This document shows positions 41,440 through 51,576 of a DNA stretch of 64,000 nucleotides, in pieces. The stretch spans positions 1-64,000 of the forward strand of contig JBHLON010000012.1 in NCBI GenBank assembly GCA_048940445.1, written 5' to 3'. The position numbers and the translations under genes are program-made. Under the pieces are notes generated by a model. The model saw nothing but the letters and a program-made list of their open reading frames with translations, had not been told where the DNA came from and searched no databases. The stretch is from Promethearchaeota archaeon. Its GTDB lineage: Archaea > Asgardarchaeota > Lokiarchaeia > Sigyniarchaeales > SOKP01. Position 1 is the first letter of the stretch. The number at the start of each line of letters is the position of its first letter.

Positions 41440-42843
41440 CTATTTTCCCTTTTCAAATAAATATAACTTCCTTTTAATAATCTGTCCTTTTTTAACATCA
41501 ATCATCGCTCTTACTTGACTTTTCTGGAACTGTAGCTTTCGATTGGACTTATTAATAATCCGATCTGTGTCTAATAATGGAATAAGTTTAAAATTGTTCG
41601 CATTTGCGATTTGTTCAATATTTATTTGAATGTCACCTCCATCTAAGGTTTCAAAAATAGGAGAAATTATACAAATTCGCCCTTTTTCTTTAAGAACTTT
41701 ATAACTTTCTCTAAAAGTACTTTCAAAGATTGATTTTAATTTAGATTCAATTAATTCCTTAACTTCAGTATAATATGGTTTTTCTGTGTAAAAAGGACCT
41801 AATTCTGGCTCAGTGCATATTCCATCGAAAAAATTCTCTTTGAAAAATGCTGATAAATTACCTATATCTGTCTGAATTATTTTATCTTTTAGTGATAACG
41901 GTGTTGGCTCTTCAAGTTCCGTGAATAGCCAATTGACATTTCTAATTGTATTATTAACTTTTTCTTTATCTATATCCGAACCATAAATTTGAAAATCTTG
42001 AATTAAAGCAAACAATAAAATAGTGCCGTTTCCAGCAAAAGGATCAAGAATAATTTTTTGGTGTCGGTTATCAAAGAGATTTAAGAAATTCAACATAATA
42101 ATTGACAATTTTGGTGAAATACTACTCTTAAATTCCTTAAATGGTCTCTCTTCATCAATTTTTTTCTTAAAGTTGGGGTCATCACATGTAAAAGTTCTTG
42201 CAATATAGACTCCTTCTTCAGTAAAACCAAAAACGATTTCTGCACGGTCCTGGTTAAATAGCCCATATTTTATGATATGGTGAGGAAAAATAGGATTCAG
42301 AGTTCCCTTCTTAATATATTCTTCCGGATATTGATAATATAATGCTTTTTTAACACCTTTTTCCTTCAAAATGTTCAAAATTTCTTTATTTAGAAAAGGT
42401 AAATAGTGTTTTACCAGAACATTAGAATAGTATTCTTCTTCATAAAGATTTGGATAAATTGAAACTGCATAAAATATATTTTCATTCTTTATTTTTAAAA
42501 AGATTTTCTCTAAACTTGTGCTTAAAATAGATATAATTTTTTTACGCATTTTTTGAATTTTTTTAAAATTATCAATCTTTAAAGGAAAGCCATCAAAAAT
42601 ATCATTAATGTGAATGAAATCAAATATTTTTGCTACTTTTTGAGTGCCACCTAATATATATTGAAATTCCATCAGTTCATTAATGTAATGCTTATGCTCA
42701 TGTAATTTCTCAAACTCAACAATCGCTATATTAGCTGAATAGTCAGTAATTCTCCCTTTAAATTTAGAATATTTTAAAACATTATCTAATTCTGCCAAGG
42801 AAAGTTGCCAATTTGATCCTAATACTATTAAATATTTTTCCAT
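41440..42843 (-). CDS. Trm11/TrmG10-like tRNA N2-methylguanosine methyltransferase
   Basis: LAEL at N-terminus, RPF....SISPKL, ILDPFAG.GT, GSDID, DGICTEP.LG. Confidence 0.7.
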   Translation of the reverse strand: MEKYLIVLGSNWQLSLAELDNVLKYSKFKGRITDYSANIAIVEFEKLHEHKHYINELMEFQYILGGTQKVAKIFDFIHINDIFDGFPLKIDNFKKIQKMRKKIISILSTSLEKIFLKIKNENIFYAVSIYPNLYEEEYYSNVLVKHYLPFLNKEILNILKEKGVKKALYYQYPEEYIKKGTLNPIFPHHIIKYGLFNQDRAEIVFGFTEEGVYIARTFTCDDPNFKKKIDEERPFKEFKSSISPKLSIIMLNFLNLFDNRHQKIILDPFAGNGTILLFALIQDFQIYGSDIDKEKVNNTIRNVNWLFTELEEPTPLSLKDKIIQTDIGNLSAFFKENFFDGICTEPELGPFYTEKPYYTEVKELIESKLKSIFESTFRESYKVLKEKGRICIISPIFETLDGGDIQINIEQIANANNFKLIPLLDTDRIINKSNRKLQFQKSQVRAMIDVKKGQIIKRKLYLFEKGK

Positions 42844-42922
42844 CTTAAATGAATAAAGCTTGCTTAAAATTGGAAAATAAGGATAAAATTTCTATTTTAT
42901 TGTTTTTAATTAAAAAGGGTTT

Positions 42923-44182
42923 TTATAGATCAAAAACATATTTAATGACAGAAATTATATCAGCTTTCCTAGCATTAGAGGGCAATTCAATATCATATTC
43001 ATTGCAAAATTTCTTTAATTCCCTTACCGTCCAATCATTTAAATCATCAGGCAATTCAGCTAATCCTTGTTTCATTTTTTCTTCTTTTTCTAAATCAATT
43101 GTCCGTTCCAGTTTTTCTCCAGTCAATTCTTCAATTGCTCCTAAAATATCTTCTAAGGCCTCTTTTTTCCTCTCCGGGATCGCTTCTAATAATTCTTCTT
43201 CCGGTTTTTCTTGATCCTTTAAAGCTTTTTTAATGGCTTCTAGGTGTTCTTTTTTCTTTTCTAATCTGTCTTTTTTAACTTTTTCAATTTCCCCCAAAAT
43301 TTCATTATAGTGATCTTTAAAATATTTAAGAGCTCCATTTATTAGATCAGAAAAATTCTCCCAACCTCCTTTACTTATAATAGAGTCACCCCAATGAAAC
43401 AAATCTAATTGAAGATCAATTGTGATTGCTTTTCCTTCCATTCCAATATCTGTAGTTAACCATCTTAAAATATTTGCAATAATTAGATCATTATCAAATG
43501 CTGAAAAGCCGTATTCTCGCCCTAATGAAGATAAAATCGATAAAGTGCCAAAAGCAACAACCTTGCCCTTAAAATATTCAACAGCAACCATTAATGGAAT
43601 CTTAGGACAGTCCTCCTCAATCCACTCTTTCCCATCGAATCTATTTCTCCAACAATTTAAACCTCCTTTTACAATTATTTCAATATTAATATTTTCTTCT
43701 TCTAAAAAATCTAGAACTTCAATAGAGCATGGATTTGAGAGAACTAATTTTTTTATTTGCTCAGTTATAAAGTGAGGTTTAAGGTCTTGCAATAGAGGTC
43801 TCTTCTGCAGATTAACATAAGTAACAGAATCAGAAATTTCATCAGATGCGAATTGAAATCCAATTTTGCGCGTTAATTCATTTAAATTGGTACGATTTAA
43901 ATAATCTCCCCCTCTAGCTCCCATAATTAACATACTTCCGCCATTTTTTATGTATTCTTCCAGCGTCTCCAGTTCTTTTGGGCTCAGATTAATGTTTTTG
44001 GGAGTTGACATAATAACCACATCGTAATTTCCTAATTTTTCTGAAGAGAAACCAGCTTCAATTTTACCTAATTTATATCCTGAATTAAATAGAAATTGGG
44101 TGAAATCAGCATAACTGGGTGCTTCTAAGCTTAGCATATTATTATGCGAATAATCTAACCCAATTGTGATATCATTTTTCAT
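42923..44182 (-). CDS. GIFT (GldG/IFT52-like) domain + RHH + coiled coil + C-terminal SAP/HeH-like domain
   Basis: D.SHN, YDVVI..P, Y...GGS.L.MG, LNEL...G..F..D...D, GKVVAFG, DN....N...WL; ITIDL..DL....D.....G.W...SD.I..AL; DWTVRELK.FC....I.....RKADII. Confidence 0.7.
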   Translation of the reverse strand: MKNDITIGLDYSHNNMLSLEAPSYADFTQFLFNSGYKLGKIEAGFSSEKLGNYDVVIMSTPKNINLSPKELETLEEYIKNGGSMLIMGARGGDYLNRTNLNELTRKIGFQFASDEISDSVTYVNLQKRPLLQDLKPHFITEQIKKLVLSNPCSIEVLDFLEEENINIEIIVKGGLNCWRNRFDGKEWIEEDCPKIPLMVAVEYFKGKVVAFGTLSILSSLGREYGFSAFDNDLIIANILRWLTTDIGMEGKAITIDLQLDLFHWGDSIISKGGWENFSDLINGALKYFKDHYNEILGEIEKVKKDRLEKKKEHLEAIKKALKDQEKPEEELLEAIPERKKEALEDILGAIEELTGEKLERTIDLEKEEKMKQGLAELPDDLNDWTVRELKKFCNEYDIELPSNARKADIISVIKYVFDL

Positions 44183-44333
44183 AAGCAGTGATCATTCCTT
44201 TTTATTCTGTTTAATAATAATAATCCTTATTTTTAAATTTCTTTTTAGCTCATTTTAAATCTTTTAATTCATCTATTTTTAAGAACCTAATAGAAACACA
44301 ATTTAATGAGTTTTTTGATTTATAGAACTGAAT

Positions 44334-45191
44334 TTAAGCCTTTAAGGTTAATATATCTATAACTGTATGATATAAATTAGGTCCATAGCTTTTAACAAAT
44401 CGTTTCCCTAAAAGTTCACAGTTTATTTTTTCTGCATTGGCTATTTCTTTGAATTCCTCAAATAACATCATATAATCTTCTTTATTTATCACACCTTCAT
44501 AATGATATATAGTACCATTTTCATTTACAAGAGCCAAAGCATTCTTTATATATTTTTTAGGAGCTGGGAGTACCCCCATAATGACTCTATCAACTGAAAT
44601 CGTCAATTTACTTAATTTAATTACTTCTTGCTTACAATCACCTTGAATTGGAATAATAATTCCTTCAAGATGGTTAAGTTTAATATTTTCTACTAAATAT
44701 CTATAGGCATCTGGGTTCAATTCAATACTATAAATTTTGCTTGGTTTTGCATTTTTAGCAATTGGAAGAGAAAAATAACCTATACCTGCGAACATATCTA
44801 CAATTATTTCACCTTGCTTCACCAAGCTTGCTAAATATTTTCTCTCATTAACATTTCCCTTGCTAAACATCAATTTTGTAATATCAAACTTATATATAAC
44901 ATTATGTTCCTTATGTTCAACTATGGGGTTATCTTCACCAGCAATCAATTCCATTTTTTCTGGGATTCTAAATTTTCCAATTATTTTACCAGAATTAAGA
45001 TATACGGACCTGAAATTATGATAAATTTCTAAACATGTTGTCCCAATTAAAAACCTACTTTCATATAGTTTCGAGTTCAGTCGTAATATCATAATTTTTC
45101 CTAAATTTTGAAATCCGCTAGGAAGGTAAGAAAATTCTTGTTCTGTTAATACTGATTTAAGTTTTTCCTTAAGGATGTCTTTAAAACCCAT
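44334..45191 (-). CDS. taw2: Taw2/TYW2 (Trm5 family) tRNA wyosine aminocarboxypropyltransferase
   Basis: D.TKLMFSKGNVNER, VDMFAGIGYFSLP.A, ELNP, DRVIMG, HYE, VKSY.P. Confidence 0.78.
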   Translation of the reverse strand: MGFKDILKEKLKSVLTEQEFSYLPSGFQNLGKIMILRLNSKLYESRFLIGTTCLEIYHNFRSVYLNSGKIIGKFRIPEKMELIAGEDNPIVEHKEHNVIYKFDITKLMFSKGNVNERKYLASLVKQGEIIVDMFAGIGYFSLPIAKNAKPSKIYSIELNPDAYRYLVENIKLNHLEGIIIPIQGDCKQEVIKLSKLTISVDRVIMGVLPAPKKYIKNALALVNENGTIYHYEGVINKEDYMMLFEEFKEIANAEKINCELLGKRFVKSYGPNLYHTVIDILTLKA

Positions 45192-45333
45192 GAATTCTCA
45201 TTCAGATGATTTAATTAATAATAAAATTATAAAAACGTCAAGTTAAATTATTATATTATCATAAATCATTCATATTATTATAAGATATGAAAATTATTCT
45301 AAATTTTAAAAAATAAAAAATATATGATCTATT

Positions 45334-47193
45334 ATGCCAAGCATAGAAGATAAAGAATTTTTAGTTGATGAAAATAAAGTATGGTTTACCGGGGGTTATT
45401 GGCCAGAAGGGGTTCCACACCAATTAAAGGATGTAGAAGATGTTGATGTTTTGCCATTATGGGAGTACTTTATAGATGCAGCTAACAGATATGAAACATG
45501 GGATGAAAACATTTGTATTTTTGTATATGGTTCATATATCGAACGAGTGAAATTAAGAACTCTATTTGACTATGCCAAACAATTCGGAACATTCCTCTAT
45601 GATAACTTAGGTATTAGAAAAGGGGATGTAGTAGCAATAGATCTCCCTAATTCTATAAATTTTGTCGTAGCTTATATGGGATGCCAATATATAGGAGCAA
45701 TAGTTCAAGGTATCAATCCTACTTATAGACCAATGGAACTTTTACATTCCTTAACTATGACTAACGCTAAAGTCTTTGTAATGATGGATATGTTGTATAT
45801 CGCTGGACCAAAAGATATCTTGCCTAAAACAAGTGTGAAATTTGTAATACCTTCGAATTTTGTTGACTTTCTTACTGCTGATGAGACAATCATAGAGAAA
45901 TTAGGAATTCCAAATGCAAAAGATAGGATTCCAAACGAAACAGAACATTATAAGGTATATTGGATGGATAAAATTATTAAAGATACAAAACCGGTTGAAA
46001 TAGAAACAAGAATTGATCCCTGGGTGGATCCCGCTGTCTATCTGATGACAGGAGGGACTACCGGATTACCAAAGGTTGCGATGCTCTCCCACGCCAATCT
46101 CACATGTGATCTTAATATGGGAAAAGATTGGACAAATTTAAAAGCAGGGATGATAACTATTGGCTCTATTCCATTTTTCCATAGCTTCGGTCTAACATGT
46201 GTCATGAATGCAGCTCTTGGCTTAGGAATGGTTATGCTCCTATTCCCAAAGCCACCCTCAGATGAAGACTTATGCGAAGCAATAAATAAGATTGATGCTC
46301 CTGAGGGAATTATGTATACCGGAGTTGAAATGTTATTTAAAAGGCTTACTGATTTCGTAACTGGTATGGGTGAAGATGGATTCAAGGAAAAATATGATTT
46401 TTGGAAAAAATTGAAATATGCAACACAAGGTGCGGGACCTCTCCATGACTATGTTCGATTACCTTTTGAAGAGATATTCTGTCCGATACGTTCTGGTTAT
46501 GGATTGACTGAGACTTCTCCTATGCAGAGTATTGCTCCATTTTGGGGCCCAACTAAAACTGGAAAGTTAGGTTTACCCCTTCCTGGTGCTGATTGGGCTA
46601 TATTTCCTTCAGATAATTTTGAAGCAGGACCGATTTGTGATGGGACTAAAGAGAAAGGAGGATTTGGAATTGAAAATACAGGAGAAATTTGTCTAGCTGG
46701 ACCACATATAATGTTAGGATATTTGGGAGAACAAGCTGAGCAGGAAGATAATTTAAAATATTGGGGCGGAAAACGATGGCTTCTCAGTGGTGATATTGGA
46801 TTCATGGATGAGCATGGATGGGTTGAGATACGTGACCGTAAGAAGTCTTTAATAAAGGTTTCTGGTCATTCTGTGTTTCCCAAAGAGGTTGAGGAGCTCA
46901 TGGGAAATCATGAAATGATAGATGAGGTTGCCATAGCAGGAATTCCAGATGAATATAGCGGAGAAGCGGTGAAAGCATGGGTTACCTTGAAAAAGGGATA
47001 TAAAGCTGATAGGGACATAACTGTTGATGACCTAAAGGCATGGTGTTTAGAGAATATGGCCAAATGGAAGTCTCCTAAATATATTGAGTTCATACGTAAA
47101 ATGCCTGTAAGTATGACTGGTAAAGTGCAACGGAGAGAACTTCAAGAGAAAGATTTAGGAAAATTAAAAGAAGGTAAGGAAATAAAAGGTTAA
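45334..47193 (+). CDS. Long-chain acyl-CoA synthetase (AMP-forming)
   Basis: TGGTTGLPK, PFFH, GYGLTE, GEI...GP..MLGY, SGD, DRKK.LIK.SG..V.P.EVE, GK. Confidence 0.93.
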   Translation: MPSIEDKEFLVDENKVWFTGGYWPEGVPHQLKDVEDVDVLPLWEYFIDAANRYETWDENICIFVYGSYIERVKLRTLFDYAKQFGTFLYDNLGIRKGDVVAIDLPNSINFVVAYMGCQYIGAIVQGINPTYRPMELLHSLTMTNAKVFVMMDMLYIAGPKDILPKTSVKFVIPSNFVDFLTADETIIEKLGIPNAKDRIPNETEHYKVYWMDKIIKDTKPVEIETRIDPWVDPAVYLMTGGTTGLPKVAMLSHANLTCDLNMGKDWTNLKAGMITIGSIPFFHSFGLTCVMNAALGLGMVMLLFPKPPSDEDLCEAINKIDAPEGIMYTGVEMLFKRLTDFVTGMGEDGFKEKYDFWKKLKYATQGAGPLHDYVRLPFEEIFCPIRSGYGLTETSPMQSIAPFWGPTKTGKLGLPLPGADWAIFPSDNFEAGPICDGTKEKGGFGIENTGEICLAGPHIMLGYLGEQAEQEDNLKYWGGKRWLLSGDIGFMDEHGWVEIRDRKKSLIKVSGHSVFPKEVEELMGNHEMIDEVAIAGIPDEYSGEAVKAWVTLKKGYKADRDITVDDLKAWCLENMAKWKSPKYIEFIRKMPVSMTGKVQRRELQEKDLGKLKEGKEIKG

Positions 47194-47358
47194 TCTCTTT
47201 TTTTTTAATTTATCTTATTTTTTTGACATAATTTTTAATACTAGTTCTTTTATTATACTTTTAATATAGATCTCGAGAGTTTTAAAGTTCTATAATTTTA
47301 TTTTTTAATATTTAAACCTTAAGAATATATTTCATCTATATTAGTTGGTGGGGTTGAA

Positions 47359-48210
47359 ATGGAACAGGCTGTTAAAGAGTTAGAAATAGCATGTCCCGCT
47401 TGTGGGACAATAAAAAGTTTAAGAATTCCACTCAAGGTTTTTTCTCAAAAAAAGTATGGTTTCATAAAGATTCAAGTACCTCAAGGAGCTGTATGTGAAG
47501 ATCGTTTTATGATTTTAGCGGATCCAAATGGTAAAATTTTAGGTTATGAAACCATTGACATGTTCATTTCGAAATTAAAACCAGATGATGAGGTTAACGT
47601 TGAACAACCAAAAGGAATATCAATTAAAGATTACATTCATGAATTTGGTTTTAATTGTCTTGCTGGAATAATTCACGCTAGTTTATTTGGTTATCCTGCC
47701 TTTATTATAACTAAAATGGATGAGAATGTAGATGTAAAACCTTTAAATGAAATGATAGATGGATTGATACCTGAAAACTATCGGAATAACCATGTATTAG
47801 AAAAAATTGAGTATGATCCCGAAATTTACCCTAATCCTGGTTTTTACTACGCTTTAGTGGCAGATCAACAAAAATTTGATTTTCTAATAAATACTTACAA
47901 GCATGTTATACAAGATCCTTTTGAGACAGATATTAAATATGAACAAGTAATTTTAAGAAATGCTTTAAAAGAAAAAAATGAAAATGGAATTCCCTTTAAG
48001 ACGATAGCAGATTATATTTTGCGCTTTATAAGAGATGTAGAATTTGCGGCTTCAATTCTTAGTGCTAGTGAGAAAATCTCCGAAAAAGATTTAATGAAAG
48101 AAATGAATGATCGATTAACGTTATCATCAATTAATAAAACACGTATGAAATATATCAAGGAATTTATAAATCGAAGAGTTTCAGCTGATTTGGTTTCAAA
48201 AATAAAATAA
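47359..48210 (+). CDS. Hypothetical protein with N-terminal Zn-ribbon-like motif
   Basis: CPACG...VC; long clean ORF with a GGTGG RBS. Confidence 0.7.
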   Translation: MEQAVKELEIACPACGTIKSLRIPLKVFSQKKYGFIKIQVPQGAVCEDRFMILADPNGKILGYETIDMFISKLKPDDEVNVEQPKGISIKDYIHEFGFNCLAGIIHASLFGYPAFIITKMDENVDVKPLNEMIDGLIPENYRNNHVLEKIEYDPEIYPNPGFYYALVADQQKFDFLINTYKHVIQDPFETDIKYEQVILRNALKEKNENGIPFKTIADYILRFIRDVEFAASILSASEKISEKDLMKEMNDRLTLSSINKTRMKYIKEFINRRVSADLVSKIK

Positions 48211-48241
48211 TAATAAATAGAAAAAATAATTTTGTTTAAGT

Positions 48242-49870
48242 TTAAGAGGAATTAAGTTTTTTATACGTTTTTCCCATAACTTTATAGATATTCAAATATT
48301 CCTTGAAAAGTTTATCATAAATAGATCTATTTTCTAGATTTGGTTTGAAGATACCTGAATATTGGATATAATTTGGAATCTGATCCCATGTAATATACCC
48401 AAGACCTACTGATGCTATAAAAGCCGCTCCACGAGCGTTTGCTTGTATAGGATCCTTTACTTTTTTTATTGTCCTATTTAGAACATCTGCAAATATCTGA
48501 CACCATATATTACTATTTGCTCCCCCCCCAATCATATTTAACTCTGGTATTACAACTTCACTTTTTGGAATACTTATTCCCTCCTTTTTCTTAAGTTTTT
48601 TTACATATTGTTCTACAATTAGAAATAGCCATTTAACATTATATGCAACTCCTTCAAAGATTGCTCTAATCAAATGCTCTCTTGACATTTCTAAAGAAAT
48701 ATTATATAACCCTCCTCTAACGGTATGATCATCAACAGGAGTTCTCTCTCCTATGAGCCATGGAGTAAAGATCAGACTATTTGCTCCTGGAGGCGTTTTT
48801 TCTACAATCTTATCAAAAATTTTATAAACATCAGGGACAGCTTCTTCTTTTAAAAGCTCATCTTTGTGATAGAGAATTTTATCTCTAAGGAATGATAAGG
48901 ATCCTCCAGCTATCTCTTGTTCATTGATTATCATGTATCTACCAGGAATTCCTGAAGCAATAGAGCCTATATTATGAAATATGTCTGCCTTTTTATATGG
49001 TACGTGGCAAATAAGCCAATCGCTGGTCCCAATATAGATATGGCTTTCATAATCTCGAACTGCACCAGAACCTATGGCAGCTGATGGAATATCAGGAGCT
49101 CCAGCAATCACTTTAGTGGTTTTTTCTAATCCTAATTCATCTGCTACTTCATTTTTTATAGATCCTAAAACATCCGTAGAATTAATTAATTCAGAAGGAA
49201 ATTTGCTTTTATCTATTTTTACCATTTTAATTAATTTTTTTGACCACTGGATATTATTAATATCTCTTATGTCAGTTAACCAATGTATTCCTAACGTTGT
49301 AAAAGAAGAAGCAAATTTACCTGATAGTCTCAGATTAATATAATCTTGAGGTTCTAAAAACATAAAAGTTTTTTCGTAAATCTCTGGGAGTTCATTTTTA
49401 AGCCATAATATATGTGCAACAGGGTCTTTACCGCTTAAAGTCGGAGCTCCACCAGTTCTTTTAACAAATTTTAAAGCTTTGATAATATTTAATCCTCCAA
49501 ATTGAAGTAAGCCTTTGTAAAACTTTTGAATATATGGTGCTCCTCGAGTATCCATCCAAATTATTGCATTCATCAAATGATTACCATCTTTATCTAAAGG
49601 TACGGTACCACTCCATTGACTTGTATTACACACTCCTACAATATCTTCTACATGTATGGAAGTATTATCAATAACTTGTTTAGCTGTCTTTAATATAGCA
49701 TTCCACCATTCCTCTGGATCTTGTTCTGCTCCTCCTCCTTTCTGTACGTATAATGGGACTTCTTGGAAAGCCCATTCAACAACCTCTCCGTGTGTGGAAA
49801 CGATTGCACTTTTAGGGCCTCCAGTTCCATGATCTATAGCAAGTATATATTTTTTTTCAGAATTTATCAT
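48242..49870 (-). CDS. FGGY family carbohydrate kinase (xylulokinase-like)
   Basis: LAIDHGT, EQDP..WW, I.W.D.R, GTS, GERTP, EGVAY, GGGA.S..W.QI.ADV. Confidence 0.92.
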   Translation of the reverse strand: MINSEKKYILAIDHGTGGPKSAIVSTHGEVVEWAFQEVPLYVQKGGGAEQDPEEWWNAILKTAKQVIDNTSIHVEDIVGVCNTSQWSGTVPLDKDGNHLMNAIIWMDTRGAPYIQKFYKGLLQFGGLNIIKALKFVKRTGGAPTLSGKDPVAHILWLKNELPEIYEKTFMFLEPQDYINLRLSGKFASSFTTLGIHWLTDIRDINNIQWSKKLIKMVKIDKSKFPSELINSTDVLGSIKNEVADELGLEKTTKVIAGAPDIPSAAIGSGAVRDYESHIYIGTSDWLICHVPYKKADIFHNIGSIASGIPGRYMIINEQEIAGGSLSFLRDKILYHKDELLKEEAVPDVYKIFDKIVEKTPPGANSLIFTPWLIGERTPVDDHTVRGGLYNISLEMSREHLIRAIFEGVAYNVKWLFLIVEQYVKKLKKKEGISIPKSEVVIPELNMIGGGANSNIWCQIFADVLNRTIKKVKDPIQANARGAAFIASVGLGYITWDQIPNYIQYSGIFKPNLENRSIYDKLFKEYLNIYKVMGKTYKKLNSS

Positions 49871-49992
49871 AATTTAATTAAATGTTATAAGACTAAATAA
49901 AGATTCTTTACCTTGAAGTATTTATTTTACTCTCAAAAAATAAACTTATTTTTCGATGAAATTCTTTTATTATTTAATTTAGTAGATAAAAT

Positions 49993-51423
49993 TTGAAACC
50001 GGTTTTTATACAAATGTGTAGTATGAAATATGAAGAACAAATTGCTAAGATTGATAATATTGTAAGCCAACCTTTAAAGAAATTTAAACCCGAAGAATTA
50101 AGAGGGATCATAGAAAGATATGAAAAAAATCATCGTAAATCGAAAGAAGCTTTTGAGAGGGCAAAGAAGGTTATCCCAGGGGGAGTGGAGCATAATCTTG
50201 CTTTCAATTTTCCGTTCCCTTTAACAAGTAAACGCGTTTATGATTGTTATATGCAAACTATAGATGATATAATACTCTTCGACTATTTAATGTGTGGGGG
50301 ACCTATAATATTAGGACATAACTATAAACCATTAACCGAAAAGATGGTCGAAGTTATTAAAGAGGTAGGATCTTGCCACGGAATAACCAATGAGTATGAG
50401 TATTTAGCAGCAGAACAACTACAGAAACATTTCCCTTCTTGTGAATCCATAAGATGGCTCCAAAGTGGGACTGAAGCAGATATGTTAGCCATTCGAGTAG
50501 CACGTGTCTTTACTGGGAAAAAATATATAATAAAAGTGGGTGGTAGTTATCATGGTTGGTCTGATCAACTTGTTTATGATTTACATATCCCAGGTACAAA
50601 AAGGATGGAATCTCATGGAATTCCAAAAGAAATTTTCAAAAATATTGAGTCAATTCCTCCAAACGATATTGAAGCATTAAAAGAGCAATTTAAAGAAAAG
50701 AAAAAAATTGCTGCTGTTATATTAGAGCCAATGGGAGGAGAAAGTGGAGCAATTCCAGTGAGACCAGAATTTAATAAAGAAGTAGAGGAGGTTTGTCGCG
50801 AAAATGGAACTCTTCTCATTAGTGATGAGGTTGTGTGTGCTTTTAGGTTAGATATGGGTGGAGGTCAAGGTTATTTTGATTACACGCCAGATCTCTCTGT
50901 ATTCGGAAAGATTGTTGGTCACGGCTATCCTTCTGCTGCTGCTTTAGGTGGAAGAGCTGATATCATGGCTACTGTAGCAGCAGGAATTGGAGGAGGTGCT
51001 AAAAGAGCTTACTGTGGAGGAACTCTGGCAGCAAATCCTCTTACATGCGCCGCAGCTTATTGGGCGATTAAATTTGTAGAAGAAACTCATGCCACTGAAA
51101 TTGCAGGAAAGATAGCAATGAAAATTTCAAATGGTTTAAATGATGTATTTAAAAAATACAATTTACCTTGGTTTTCATACAATTATGGTGGAACAGTACA
51201 TTTTCACACTTCTTGTGTTTTTGGTATAGATATAACAGATCCCAATCAAGCACCACAAATTAAAGAAAGAAAAGAGTTTATGGACCAGATGGGTGCGGCT
51301 CTTGTTGATCAAGAAATTATTTCTGTTGCAGGAAGTCGCTTTTATACCTGTATACTCCATACTGATGAAATGGTAGATGAAACTCTTCAAAAGATCGAAA
51401 ATATTTGCAAGAAAATAGAATAA
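49993..51423 (+). CDS. Class III PLP aminotransferase (GSA aminomutase-like); true start probably a nearby ATG
   Basis: IPGGV, ILGH, SGTEA, GSYHG, AAVILEP, LISDEV...FR, FGK, GGT..ANP. Confidence 0.88.
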   Translation: MKPVFIQMCSMKYEEQIAKIDNIVSQPLKKFKPEELRGIIERYEKNHRKSKEAFERAKKVIPGGVEHNLAFNFPFPLTSKRVYDCYMQTIDDIILFDYLMCGGPIILGHNYKPLTEKMVEVIKEVGSCHGITNEYEYLAAEQLQKHFPSCESIRWLQSGTEADMLAIRVARVFTGKKYIIKVGGSYHGWSDQLVYDLHIPGTKRMESHGIPKEIFKNIESIPPNDIEALKEQFKEKKKIAAVILEPMGGESGAIPVRPEFNKEVEEVCRENGTLLISDEVVCAFRLDMGGGQGYFDYTPDLSVFGKIVGHGYPSAAALGGRADIMATVAAGIGGGAKRAYCGGTLAANPLTCAAAYWAIKFVEETHATEIAGKIAMKISNGLNDVFKKYNLPWFSYNYGGTVHFHTSCVFGIDITDPNQAPQIKERKEFMDQMGAALVDQEIISVAGSRFYTCILHTDEMVDETLQKIENICKKIE

Positions 51424-51576
51424 CTTCTCAATTTTACTTTTAATTAAGCACAGTCTACAAGTCAAATAAATTTGGGTATCTATACAATAAAAATAACTTT
51501 TTTAAAAATAAGTATAGATATTTATTTTTCCATAAATTAAGTCCATTAAGTTTATACTAGATTAAATTTTTAATCA

